Counted from the first letter of the stretch, positions 18,401 through 28,863 are shown. The stretch is 34,233 bases of DNA from an uncultured Anaerolineales bacterium (GCA_964566325.1 CAZMIS010000002.1:1-34233), one strand, 5' to 3'. A program made the numbers and translations. Notes: generated by a model from the sequence alone, not told the origin.

Positions 18401-21400
18401 TCGTTTTCACCAGAAGAATGCTATTTTGTAGCCGTTGTCCCCACGCATGTGGGGGTGAACCTGGCTGAGGATATGAAAAAATGGCAAAGAAAAGCGTTGT
18501 CCCCACGCATGTGGGGGTGAACCTACTTGTTGACATGATTTTAGCGCGGGATTTAGGTTGTCCCCACGCATGTGGGGGTGAACCGTATATGACGGTCATC
18601 AGCGGTTATCTGTTTTGGTTGTCCCCACGCATGTGGGGGTGAACCTATGACTGGAAAAGCAGCGTATACAGCAACTTAGTTGTCCCCACGCATGTGGGGG
18701 TGAACCGACAAACGGCGGATGTCCAGTTTGACGCCGCCGGTTGTCCCCACGCATGTGGGGGTGAACCTAGCGCCGGCCACAAACCAATCAAACAACCACC
18801 CGTTGTCCCCACGCATGTGGGGGTGAACCGTTTATCGCAGACAACGCGGAAGCGGCATGGGATAGTTGTCCCCACGCATGTGGGGGTGAACCCATATGTT
18901 TGGCTTGACAGATGACCACGCGCACCGTTGTCCCCACGCATGTGGGGGTGAACCTTTTAGCACGCTGTCCGATGTGTGGAAGCACACGTTGTCCCCACGC
19001 ATGTGGGGGTGAACCGGAGAAACCAATGACGAAACTTGATGCACATCCGTTGTCCCCACGCATGTGGGGGTGAACCTATATCCTTTTGATGCGAGATTAA
19101 TTTATTATAGTTGTCCCCACGCATGTGGGGGTGAACCTGCTTGCCCAGGCAGGCGAGGCCGTGTACAACGGTTGTCCCCACGCATGTGGGGGTGAACCGG
19201 ACACCGATGCGGCAGATGCTCATGGTTTCGCCGTTGTCCCCACGCATGTGGGGGTGAACCTACTGGCGTGGCCACTGGTGATTATACATACACCGTTGTC
19301 CCCACGCATGTGGGGGTGAACCGAGTAACCGTTTAGGAGGTACAGCATGGCAGGTAGTTGTCCCCACGCATGTGGGGGTGAACCTAACGAAGTACAGCGC
19401 GAACTTATCAAGCAAATCGTTGTCCCCACGCATGTGGGGGTGAACCGTCTCACCGTCTGCAAAATGCACGCCTGCTTGAGTTGTCCCCACGCATGTGGGG
19501 GTGAACCGAAAAGCGGCGGCATCGTTGCGCTTCACATGCTGTTGTCCCCACGCATGTGGGGGTGAACCTCTACCCTGAAATCGTGCAAGGCAACCCCCTC
19601 AGTTGTCCCCACGCATGTGGGGGTGAACCTGAAATGCCCGACCTCTTTGAAGTGGGTGGCCGCCGTTGTCCCCACGCATGTGGGGGTGAACCTCGCTCAT
19701 GAGGAGGTTCAATCAGGCGGCAGCCCGTTGTCCCCACGCATGTGGGGGTGAACCTAAAAGCCCGCTGTAGCTGCGGGTTTTTGCTGGGTTGTCCCCACGC
19801 ATGTGGGGGTGAACCCGGAAGCCGATTGTTTGCACCTCGCCCCATGCCAGTTGTCCCCACGCATGTGGGGGTGAACCTCAGCCGCCGGCGGTCGTAGGGG
19901 ATACGGCTTCAGTTGTCCCCACGCATGTGGGGGTGAACCTAAAAGCGGCCCTGCTTTCTGTTGCATCGTGGCGTTGTCCCCACGCATGTGGGGGTGAACC
20001 GTTTTCACCATGTACTCATACGGCGTTTGCGGTGTTGTCCCCACGCATGTGGGGGTGAACCTTCAGGCGCAACCTGAAAATCGAGGTGGAAGCAGTTGTC
20101 CCCACGCATGTGGGGGTGAACCTGTGTGCTCCACCCTGATATGCAATCCGTAACCGGTTGTCCCCACGCATGTGGGGGTGAACCTGAGATGAGCGCGGAA
20201 TGCGTCTGCGCTCGCAGTTGTCCCCACGCATGTGGGGGTGAACCTTTCCGTGATGATCTCGAATTCCTCTTCAACCCGTTGTCCCCACGCATGTGGGGGT
20301 GAACCTGGGGCGGATGGTTGTGCCGTCAATCAGGTCCAGTTGTCCCCACGCATGTGGGGGTGAACCTGTGAAAGGCTCAGTCCACACCTCACAAGTATTA
20401 GTTGTCCCCACGCATGTGGGGGTGAACCTGTAGGCCTGAATTGTTTTACCTCGGAAATCTTGTTGTCCCCACGCATGTGGGGGTGAACCGGACACAGGCC
20501 CGCACCGGGGCGTATGGATCAGTTGTCCCCACGCATGTGGGGGTGAACCTCAATTTGCCCTGCCCGGCAAGAGCCTGTTGCCGTTGTCCCCACGCATGTG
20601 GGGGTGAACCTGCTGCTGGAGAATGGGCAGGTTATCGCCGTAAGTTGTCCCCACGCATGTGGGGGTGAACCTGGCGCAACCAGTGGACTGAGTGCGTCTG
20701 CAACTGTTGTCCCCACGCATGTGGGGGTGAACCGGGTGGCAGCCTGGCTGAATGGGCTGGCTTTATCGTTGTCCCCACGCATGTGGGGGTGAACCGGGCG
20801 CTGTAAGGGGCCGCCTGGGTCAAGTCTTGTTGTCCCCACGCATGTGGGGGTGAACCGTTACCTGGACAATCACAGTTTGGACAACAATTGTTGTCCCCAC
20901 GCATGTGGGGGTGAACCGGATTGGGAAGGTGAAGAATTTGTGATTGGATCGTTGTCCCCACGCATGTGGGGGTGAACCTGAAATTTCAGGAAGAGGCTGA
21001 TTGCCATCAGCAGTTGTCCCCACGCATGTGGGGGTGAACCGTGTCAACCGGCGGTAAAGCCGGGATGACCGCGGTTGTCCCCACGCATGTGGGGGTGAAC
21101 CTTCTGCACCCTGTACTCAGGCCGCAGCGCGTCCGTTGTCCCCACGCATGTGGGGGTGAACCTTTTGATAATATAGGCGCCGTTCATAAGGGCTTGTTGT
21201 CCCCACGCATGTGGGGGTGAACCTGGCCCAACTGGAGGCTAACAGGCTCGCGCATATGTTGTCCCCACGCATGTGGGGGTGAACCTTGATTTTGCCGGTA
21301 ACGGAAAGATAACCCCCGTTGTCCCCACGCATGTGGGGGTGAACCTCTTCGGGCATGGTTTCACCTCCCGGCTAAAACGTTGTCCCCACGCATGTGGGGG

Positions 21401-24400
21401 TGAACCTAAAAAATAAACTGATTAACTTTTTTGGAAATAGTTGTCCCCACGCATGTGGGGGTGAACCGGACACCGCTAAAGGGTGGCATCAAGGGCGACA
21501 TGTTGTCCCCACGCATGTGGGGGTGAACCTGTTTTATGTTTTGGACGTTAAGCGCGGACAATGTTGTCCCCACGCATGTGGGGGTGAACCTGGGACATCA
21601 GCTGCCAGGCATTGATTACGTAAGTTGTCCCCACGCATGTGGGGGTGAACCGGATCATGCCAGCTTGACTTGCCCACCCTGTTGGTTGTCCCCACGCATG
21701 TGGGGGTGAACCTAATCATTAACCCTGTTTTTCAACAGAACCACAGTTGTCCCCACGCATGTGGGGGTGAACCTACTATGCCCATGATCTGGATTGATGA
21801 CGAAAGGTTGTCCCCACGCATGTGGGGGTGAACCTTTCAGGGCCGAGTTTATCAGCCAAAGCGGGCAGTTGTCCCCACGCATGTGGGGGTGAACCGTGGC
21901 GGGGCATTGACAAGCTTACGCCGCCTTTCGTTGTCCCCACGCATGTGGGGGTGAACCTTTCCAGTTTCTTGCTGACCACCTTCAGCCAACCGTTGTCCCC
22001 ACGCATGTGGGGGTGAACCTACAACCGTATCCCGGGTTGAGAAACGTACACGGTTGTCCCCACGCATGTGGGGGTGAACCAATAGGCCCGGCTTACGGCA
22101 GAACGATAAGAACCGTTGTCCCCACGCATGTGGGGGTGAACCTAGCACGGGACCGCATTTACACTTTGAGGTCAGAGTTGTCCCCACGCATGTGGGGGTG
22201 AACCTACTTTTGTGTCTTGCCGTGTGACCTCAGAGACCGTTGTCCCCACGCATGTGGGGGTGAACCTCGTCTTCATCTTCATCGTTTTCTGAAAAGGCGG
22301 TTGTCCCCACGCATGTGGGGGTGAACCTGAGCCGATTTACCCCGAGTATAAAATTTGTAAGTTGTCCCCACGCATGTGGGGGTGAACCGACCTGACCATA
22401 CCTACCCCCCGGACGCAAATCGTTGTCCCCACGCATGTGGGGGTGAACCTTTTTCATAGCCGCGGGGATTGCCCCTTTTTCACGTTGTCCCCACGCATGT
22501 GGGGGTGAACCAAATACCGGCACCGAAGAATTAACCGTGAGTTCGTTGTCCCCACGCATGTGGGGGTGAACCTCGAATTGCGTACATCCTCAAAGGCCAC
22601 GCCGCGTTGTCCCCACGCATGTGGGGGTGAACCGCCTGAAAGCCTGAAGCTCTGTTTGCATGGAGAGTTGTCCCCACGCATGTGGGGGTGAACCTATGGA
22701 AAAAGATAAATTTTCAAACATTGCAGGTGTTGTCCCCACGCATGTGGGGGTGAACCTAAAAAAAAGGTGGCCGATCAAGCCACCCAGGAGTTGTCCCCAC
22801 GCATGTGGGGGTGAACCTTAAACGAGGAGATGCCGATTACGTGAGATGCAGTTGTCCCCACGCATGTGGGGGTGAACCTGATTGTCTGTCCACAGTGCGG
22901 CGCATTCGTCAGTTGTCCCCACGCATGTGGGGGTGAACCTGTGGCTGCATTTTCTTTAACTACAAGGGGTAAAGTTGTCCCCACGCATGTGGGGGTGAAC
23001 CTGGTTCCATAATTTTTTAATACCCTTTGCTATCGTTGTCCCCACGCATGTGGGGGTGAACCTTTCGCTTTCCTGACGCGCTAATGGAAGGCGTTAGTTG
23101 TCCCCACGCATGTGGGGGTGAACCTTAGCACCAGAACGGCCACCACCTCGGAAGGCGGTTGTCCCCACGCATGTGGGGGTGAACCTGCTGTGCCAGCCCT
23201 GCTGGATTGGATCATCCGTTGTCCCCACGCATGTGGGGGTGAACCTGGTGAGCCTAAAACATAATCTGCTTTTTCGTGGTTGTCCCCACGCATGTGGGGG
23301 TGAACCGATAACAAGAGGAGAGGATCTGCCAAATAAGCGGTTGTCCCCACGCATGTGGGGGTGAACCTGTCCTCTTCTATACTGAGGAGATACTGGCTCC
23401 GTTGTCCCCACGCATGTGGGGGTGAACCTGATCCTGGCTGGAGAAGAGCTAAACAGCCAAAGTTGTCCCCACGCATGTGGGGGTGAACCGGAGGAGATAC
23501 TGGAGCCGTTATAGTGGATTAGTTGTCCCCACGCATGTGGGGGTGAACCTAATGCGGCAACCTGTTTTATTTTCTCTTTTTTGGTTGTCCCCACGCATGT
23601 GGGGGTGAACCTCCCTCCATGAGCGATCGTCCAACCGCATGCCAGTTGTCCCCACGCATGCGGGGGTGAACCGCGAGGCGATCAAATCGCTGACCATGAA
23701 AGAGGGTTGTCCCCACGCATGTGGGGGTGAACCTTCGGGCAGCCGGCGGTCATTACGGCGCTTTACGTTGTCCCCACGCATGTGGGGGTGAACCTACGGC
23801 ACGCTAAACTTGCGAGTAAGCGCGGGCGTTGTCCCCACGCATGTGGGGGTGAACCGCACAGCGGCGCATCCACGATTCAAAAGCACGTGTTGTCCCCACG
23901 CATGTGGGGGTGAACCTGACCAACCATGCGTATCTTCTTCGCCATGCAATCGTTGTCCCCACGCATGTGGGGGTGAACCTATGTCGATTTGTCAGAAGAT
24001 GAAGAAAAGATCGTTGTCCCCACGCATGTGGGGGTGAACCGGTTGATGCTGTGATAACCGACCCGCCTTATGGGTTGTCCCCACGCATGTGGGGGTGAAC
24101 CGTACAGGCCGCCATTGATGAGGCGCGGGAGGTTGTTGTCCCCACGCATGTGGGGGTGAACCTAAACCTTCTCGGAATCGGCGGCGCGGCAGGCGGTTGT
24201 CCCCACGCATGTGGGGGTGAACCTTTTAGATGGTGATATTACGGCAATCATATTTAGTTGTCCCCACGCATGTGGGGGTGAACCGGAAGCGAGCAAGGCC
24301 TCCCGCCGTGTCTCCAAGTTGTCCCCACGCATGTGGGGGTGAACCGAACCTATCAAAGACACCGAAACAGAGCGGGCTGTTGTCCCCACGCATGTGGGGG

Positions 24401-25940
24401 TGAACCTGATAATCCATATATCGAACGGGAAGAAATCGAAGTTGTCCCCACGCATGTGGGGGTGAACCTATCTCACCCCGTTCTGGCAGGCGTGGAACTC
24501 GGTTGTCCCCACGCATGTGGGGGTGAACCTCGGCCTGCGCAGCGGGTCAGAGCCAAACCTCGGTTGTCCCCACGCATGTGGGGGTGAACCTGATTGCCGT
24601 GCAATTGTCACCCGTTGCGATAAGTTGTCCCCACGCATGTGGGGGTGAACCTAATAAAAAGATGTTTTGCGAGATGCGATCATCCAGTTGTCCCCACGCA
24701 TGTGGGGGTGAACCGGTGGAACGATTAGTGGCGAAAAAACTAGTCGTCGTTGTCCCCACGCATGTGGGGGTGAACCTAACACGACCTGTATTTTTGTTGA
24801 TGGTTACCGGTTGTCCCCACGCATGTGGGGGTGAACCTGGACAAAACATTTTTCGTTTCAGCGCGCCTAGTTGTCCCCACGCATGTGGGGGTGAACCGGA
24901 TACGGAAACTGAAAAAGCTTTTTTGGGCGCGTTGTCCCCACGCATGTGGGGGTGAACCTGCACGAAGCCTCGTTTATGCGCGCGGCTGGCGCGTTGTCCC
25001 CACGCATGTGGGGGTGAACCTAAAAAACGACAATACGCCATTTGATCCAACGCGTTGTCCCCACGCATGTGGGGGTGAACCTATGTCATTTCAGCCCTCA
25101 CAGAAGCGATTGAAGTTGTCCCCACGCATGTGGGGGTGAACCGGTGAAATCGACGGACTGCGATTGATGATTGAAGTTGTCCCCACGCATGTGGGGGTGA
25201 ACCTTTCATCAACAGAAAGCTCGCCTGTTCCAATCAGTTGTCCCCACGCATGTGGGGGTGAACCTACACTCGATGAACAAAGTCGGAATGCGCGCCAGTT
25301 GTCCCCACGCATGTGGGGGTGAACCGTATGTTGCCGGCGTTGATCTTGCTATGACCACAGTTGTCCCCACGCATGTGGGGGTGAACCGCTGTTTTGCTCG
25401 GTGGCCCATTCTTGCAAACGGTTGTCCCCACGCATGTGGGGGTGAACCGTTGAAGCCGCCCTCACCACCACATGATTGATAGTTGTCCCCACGCATGTGG
25501 GGGTGAACCTCCACTGTCTGAGTTGGCGGCTCCGGCGGGCACGTTGTCCCCACGCATGTGGGGGTGAACCGACTTAAAAACCCGTTCCGGCTCCTTCCCA
25601 CTTCGTTGTCCCCACGCATGTGGGGGTGAACCTGGTAAAACGGGCTGATGTGCCTCATTTTGTGACAGTTGTCCCCACGCATGTGGGGGTGAACCTTAGC
25701 TGCCCCCGCCGTAATTGACCCATAATTCGTTGTCCCCACGCATGTGGGGGTGAAGTATTGAGCAGCTCATCAATGCGGCCCGCACGCTCGTTGTCCCCAC
25801 GCATGTGGGGGTGAACCTGAGGATTACTGGACGATGCGCGTTCCACTGACGTTGTCCCCACGCATGTGGGGGTGAACCGAAAACAAAGCTAAGAAAACTT
25901 TATCAAAAGCGGTTGTCCCCACGCATGTGGGGGTGAACCT
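15498..25940 (+). CRISPR. Type I-E CRISPR array, 171 repeats and 170 spacers (hand count)
   Basis: The 28-nt core GTTGTCCCCACGCATGTGGGGGTGAACC is followed by a variable 29th nt. Repeat-to-repeat period is 60-63 nt, mostly 61. The stem is CCCCAC/GTGGGG with a GCAT loop. Orientation is the same as the cas genes and the array is adjacent to the leader. Only two variant repeats were seen, at 23645 and 25729. Confidence 0.99.
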
Positions 25941-26010
25941 GAATGGGGTGTTGTAAATCGCAGAGCCGTGGTATAACAAGAAATCATTCTGACGTTCTGA
26001 GAGAAAAAAT

Positions 26011-26739
26011 ATGGACTCATCACCTGTTGAACAACACTCTGTATGGAAGTCGCTTTTGCTGCATTTGCTGCCTGGCCTGTTGATCACCTTCGTTTACCTC
26101 GCGGCAATGCAACCTTTGAAGCAGATGGGATATCCCTCCTTTGCGGCGTTGATGCTGGCGATTGTGCTGGCTCTGATCCCGTTTGAGCTGGGAGTCCTTT
26201 TATACGTAGGAAAGAAAAAGAACGGGCGGCTTTCTCTGAAAGGCGTTTTAAGTTATTGCAGCCCGATCCCGGTCTGGCAGTATTTCCTCTGGGTGCCGGC
26301 GGTTTTTGTGGTGACGGGACTGATCTTTACCTTCCTCAAGCCTGTGGATGTCTTTCTGCAGCAGAACGTATTCGGCGCCTGGCCCGTGCTGGATGCCGGT
26401 CTGAGCGGCGGCTATTCAAAGTCTGTTCTTGTTGTCACTTATGTTCTGGTGGGATTGCTGAGCACGGTGGCGGGGCCGGTGGTGGAAGAACTGTATTTCC
26501 GCGGCTATTTGCTGCCGCGCATGGGCTATGCCGGCAAATGGGCGCCCCTGCTGCACAGCTTTTTGTTTGCCCTGTATCACTTCTTTACCCCGTGGATGAT
26601 GGTCACACGGACGGCAGCCATGCTGCCGATGATTTTTGCCGTGCAGAAGAAAAACCTCAATATCAGCATCATCGTGCATATTTTGGGAAATCTGATGGAC
26701 CTGGCGGCCGGGGTGGCTTTTATCGCTGCGATGACCTGA
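26011..26739 (+). CDS. CPBP-family (CAAX-type) intramembrane glutamic endopeptidase
   Basis: Polytopic membrane protein with the motifs VVEELYFRGYLLPR, FLFALYHF and VHILGNL. Confidence 0.85.
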   Translation: MDSSPVEQHSVWKSLLLHLLPGLLITFVYLAAMQPLKQMGYPSFAALMLAIVLALIPFELGVLLYVGKKKNGRLSLKGVLSYCSPIPVWQYFLWVPAVFVVTGLIFTFLKPVDVFLQQNVFGAWPVLDAGLSGGYSKSVLVVTYVLVGLLSTVAGPVVEELYFRGYLLPRMGYAGKWAPLLHSFLFALYHFFTPWMMVTRTAAMLPMIFAVQKKNLNISIIVHILGNLMDLAAGVAFIAAMT

Positions 26740-26751
26740 TGAAGGTGTTTT

Positions 26752-27699
26752 GTGGAAGTCGTCACTTTTACCCCTGATCTCATTCCTGCGGCAGCGCAGA
26801 TGTTTGCCGCCAGTGCCGCTGCCCAGCGGCAGGCCGTTCCGGCTTTTTCGCCTGACTGGGAAGATCCGGCGCGGACTGAAGCCGCTTTGCGGCGGCTGCT
26901 GGAGCACGGCAGCGCGCTGGCCGCGCTGGAAGACGGCCATCTGGCGGGATACCTGGGCTGGTTCCATGTGAATGGGTTTCGCCATACGGCGCGGCGGGCA
27001 GCTTATTGCCCGGCATGGGCGCATGTTGCGCCTGCAGGCCTGTACCGCCAGCTCTATTCGGCGGCCTCCGGCCTGTGGGCGGCGGCCGGCTGCGACACCC
27101 ATGCCATCACCCTGCTGGCGCAGGCTGACGCGGCGCGCGAGGTGTGGTTTTGGCAGGGCTTTGGCCTGCTGGTGGTGGATGGGGTGCGCCCGCTGGCGCC
27201 CCTGGCAAAGTTGCCGCGCACCCGCCTGACCATCCGGCGGGCCACGCTGGCGGATGCTGGCTGCCTGGCCGAGCTGGACGCCGAGCATGTGCTGTACTAC
27301 ACCCGTCCACCCATCCAAATGCCCCTGCCGCAGAGCGAAGACGCGGCAGCTTTTGAGGCGTTTTTATCCGATCCGGCCAACAGCATCTGGCTGGCGGAGG
27401 ATGAACAGGGCCGCCTGGCGGGTTTCATGCGTTTTGACGGCCGGGATTACGGCGGCGCGGATGTGGCTTCGGCGGAGCAGTCGCTGTATATTTCCGGCGC
27501 CTATCTGAAACCCGAACACCGCGGTTCGGGTGCGGGCGCGGCCATGCTGGATGCAGGGCTGCGCCACGGCATGGCGTTGGGCTATGCACGCTGCGGAGTG
27601 GATTTTGAATCCTTCAATCCCGATGCGGCGGTGTTCTGGATGAAGCATTTCCAGCCGGTGTGTTATTCGCTGCTGCGGGTGCCGGAAACAATGGGATAA
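26752..27699 (+). CDS. GNAT-family N-acetyltransferase (probable two-lobed)
   Basis: GTG start after GAAGGTG. The C-terminal half carries an acetyl-CoA-site-like motif (HRGSGAGAAMLDAGL). The gene is visibly more GC-rich than its neighbours. Confidence 0.6.
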   Translation: MEVVTFTPDLIPAAAQMFAASAAAQRQAVPAFSPDWEDPARTEAALRRLLEHGSALAALEDGHLAGYLGWFHVNGFRHTARRAAYCPAWAHVAPAGLYRQLYSAASGLWAAAGCDTHAITLLAQADAAREVWFWQGFGLLVVDGVRPLAPLAKLPRTRLTIRRATLADAGCLAELDAEHVLYYTRPPIQMPLPQSEDAAAFEAFLSDPANSIWLAEDEQGRLAGFMRFDGRDYGGADVASAEQSLYISGAYLKPEHRGSGAGAAMLDAGLRHGMALGYARCGVDFESFNPDAAVFWMKHFQPVCYSLLRVPETMG

Positions 27700-27700
27700 C

Positions 27701-27732
27701 AAAAAAGCCTCCCCACACGGGGAGGCTTTTTT
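27701..27732. terminator. Bidirectional rho-independent terminator between convergent genes
   Basis: AAAAAA-GCCTCCCC-ACAC-GGGGAGGC-TTTTTT: a perfect 8-bp GC-rich stem flanked by an A-tract and a T-tract. Confidence 0.8.
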
Positions 27733-27750
27733 GTGGCGGCGGAGGCGCCG

Positions 27751-28704
27751 CTATTTGAACAGCAGGGAGCCTGAATCCATTTTGATCAGCAACACCAGGG
27801 TGTTTGCCTGGCTGTCAAAAATGAAACTGCTTGTTTCAATCAGCTTTTCCAGATATTCGCTTTCCTGCGAGTCCTGGCAGGCCATTTTGGTGGAGGCAGG
27901 CGGACCGAAGGTGATCTGCTGCCCTTCCAGTTGATACTGGCCGAAATAATTGTTGCAATCGGTTGTGCCTGAATAGGTGCCGTCGGCGGCCAGGGTGAGG
28001 GTGAAAGCATCCGCCTTCTTCGGCGCGGTCAGCGTGCCGTCGTTCATCTGGGTGTGAACCCAGGTCCAGGGGCGGTTGAGAATGGGGGATGTATACTTGA
28101 TTTCCACCAGCCGGCCGGAGGCCAGCTGCAGGTTCTTGGATACCCCCACCGAAGGCTGCACCGAAAAATCTTCGCCAGCTTTGCGATCCGCGTAGGAGAC
28201 CGTGATCAGGCCATCTTTGATGGACAGGCTTTGTGGGGCGATGCGGTCGCCGAGGAGAACGGCATTGGCGCCCTGAACTCCGTCAGCAGTATGCAGCGCG
28301 ATCACCACATAGAAGAATGTGCCGCTGCCGCCGCTGTTCTGGGTGAGGATGAAGGCTGCATCTTCCTGGCCATCTCCGTTCAGATCGCCGTAGACCTCAT
28401 TGCCAAAATAGCGGGTGACGATTTTTGCGGTGGAATTGGGCGCAGCTTCAATTTCGGAAAGGCCGTCCACCAGGGTGATTTGAATGCCTTCAATTTCATA
28501 AGCGCTGTTTTTAAAATCCGGGTGGTTTTCTGCCGGGGCAGTGGGGGTGGGCGACGGCGGTTGGGTGGGGGTGACGGGGACTGCGGTGGACGGTAATGGC
28601 GTTGGCAGGGCAGCGGAGGGGGTGTTTGACGGTAAGGGCCTGGCGGTTGCGCATCCGCTGACAATAAGGGCGGCAGCCAGGAGAGAGATAAGAAGCTTTT
28701 TCAT
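27751..28704 (-). CDS. Lipoprotein with C-terminal META (HslJ-like) domain
   Basis: Signal peptide with lipobox (LLAAALIVSGC), then a Pro/Thr-rich linker. The C-terminal motif TDCNNYFGQYQLEGQQITFGPPASTKMAC is typical of META domains. Confidence 0.65.
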   Translation of the reverse strand: MKKLLISLLAAALIVSGCATARPLPSNTPSAALPTPLPSTAVPVTPTQPPSPTPTAPAENHPDFKNSAYEIEGIQITLVDGLSEIEAAPNSTAKIVTRYFGNEVYGDLNGDGQEDAAFILTQNSGGSGTFFYVVIALHTADGVQGANAVLLGDRIAPQSLSIKDGLITVSYADRKAGEDFSVQPSVGVSKNLQLASGRLVEIKYTSPILNRPWTWVHTQMNDGTLTAPKKADAFTLTLAADGTYSGTTDCNNYFGQYQLEGQQITFGPPASTKMACQDSQESEYLEKLIETSSFIFDSQANTLVLLIKMDSGSLLFK

Positions 28705-28778
28705 AAACAGTAAATCTTTTCCTTTTCAAATTTTGACCAGCATCAGGTCGGCCAGTTGCATCAGGGCATAAGACGCCG

Positions 28779-28807
28779 CATGTCCCTGGAAAGTTCCCAG
28801 GGACATG
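28779..28807 (-). terminator. Stem-loop downstream of the minus-strand GNAT operon (possible terminator)
   Basis: CATGTCCCTGG, a 7-nt loop, then CCAGGGACATG: a perfect 11-bp stem. The U-tract on the minus strand is weak. Confidence 0.35.
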
Positions 28808-28863
28808 GCAGAAGCGATGAAATCAATTGAGCCTGACGGCAAACCGCCGCCAGCGAACGGGGA

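Noticed and set aside
15116-26087. Dozens of ORF-track entries on both strands with recurring peptides (SPPHAWGQ, HPHMRGDN, FTPTCVGTT, CPHACGGEP, VVPTHVGVN).
   Set aside because: These are frame translations of the 28-nt CRISPR repeat joined by spacer-derived linkers. The periodicity is exactly that of the array, so they are not coding genes.
28779-28788. The 10-mer CATGTCCCTG is shared between the hairpin at 28779 and psiR1 (9275-9284).
   Set aside because: This is a single 10-nt coincidence with no extended similarity and no CRISPR-like context at 28779. It is compatible with chance.
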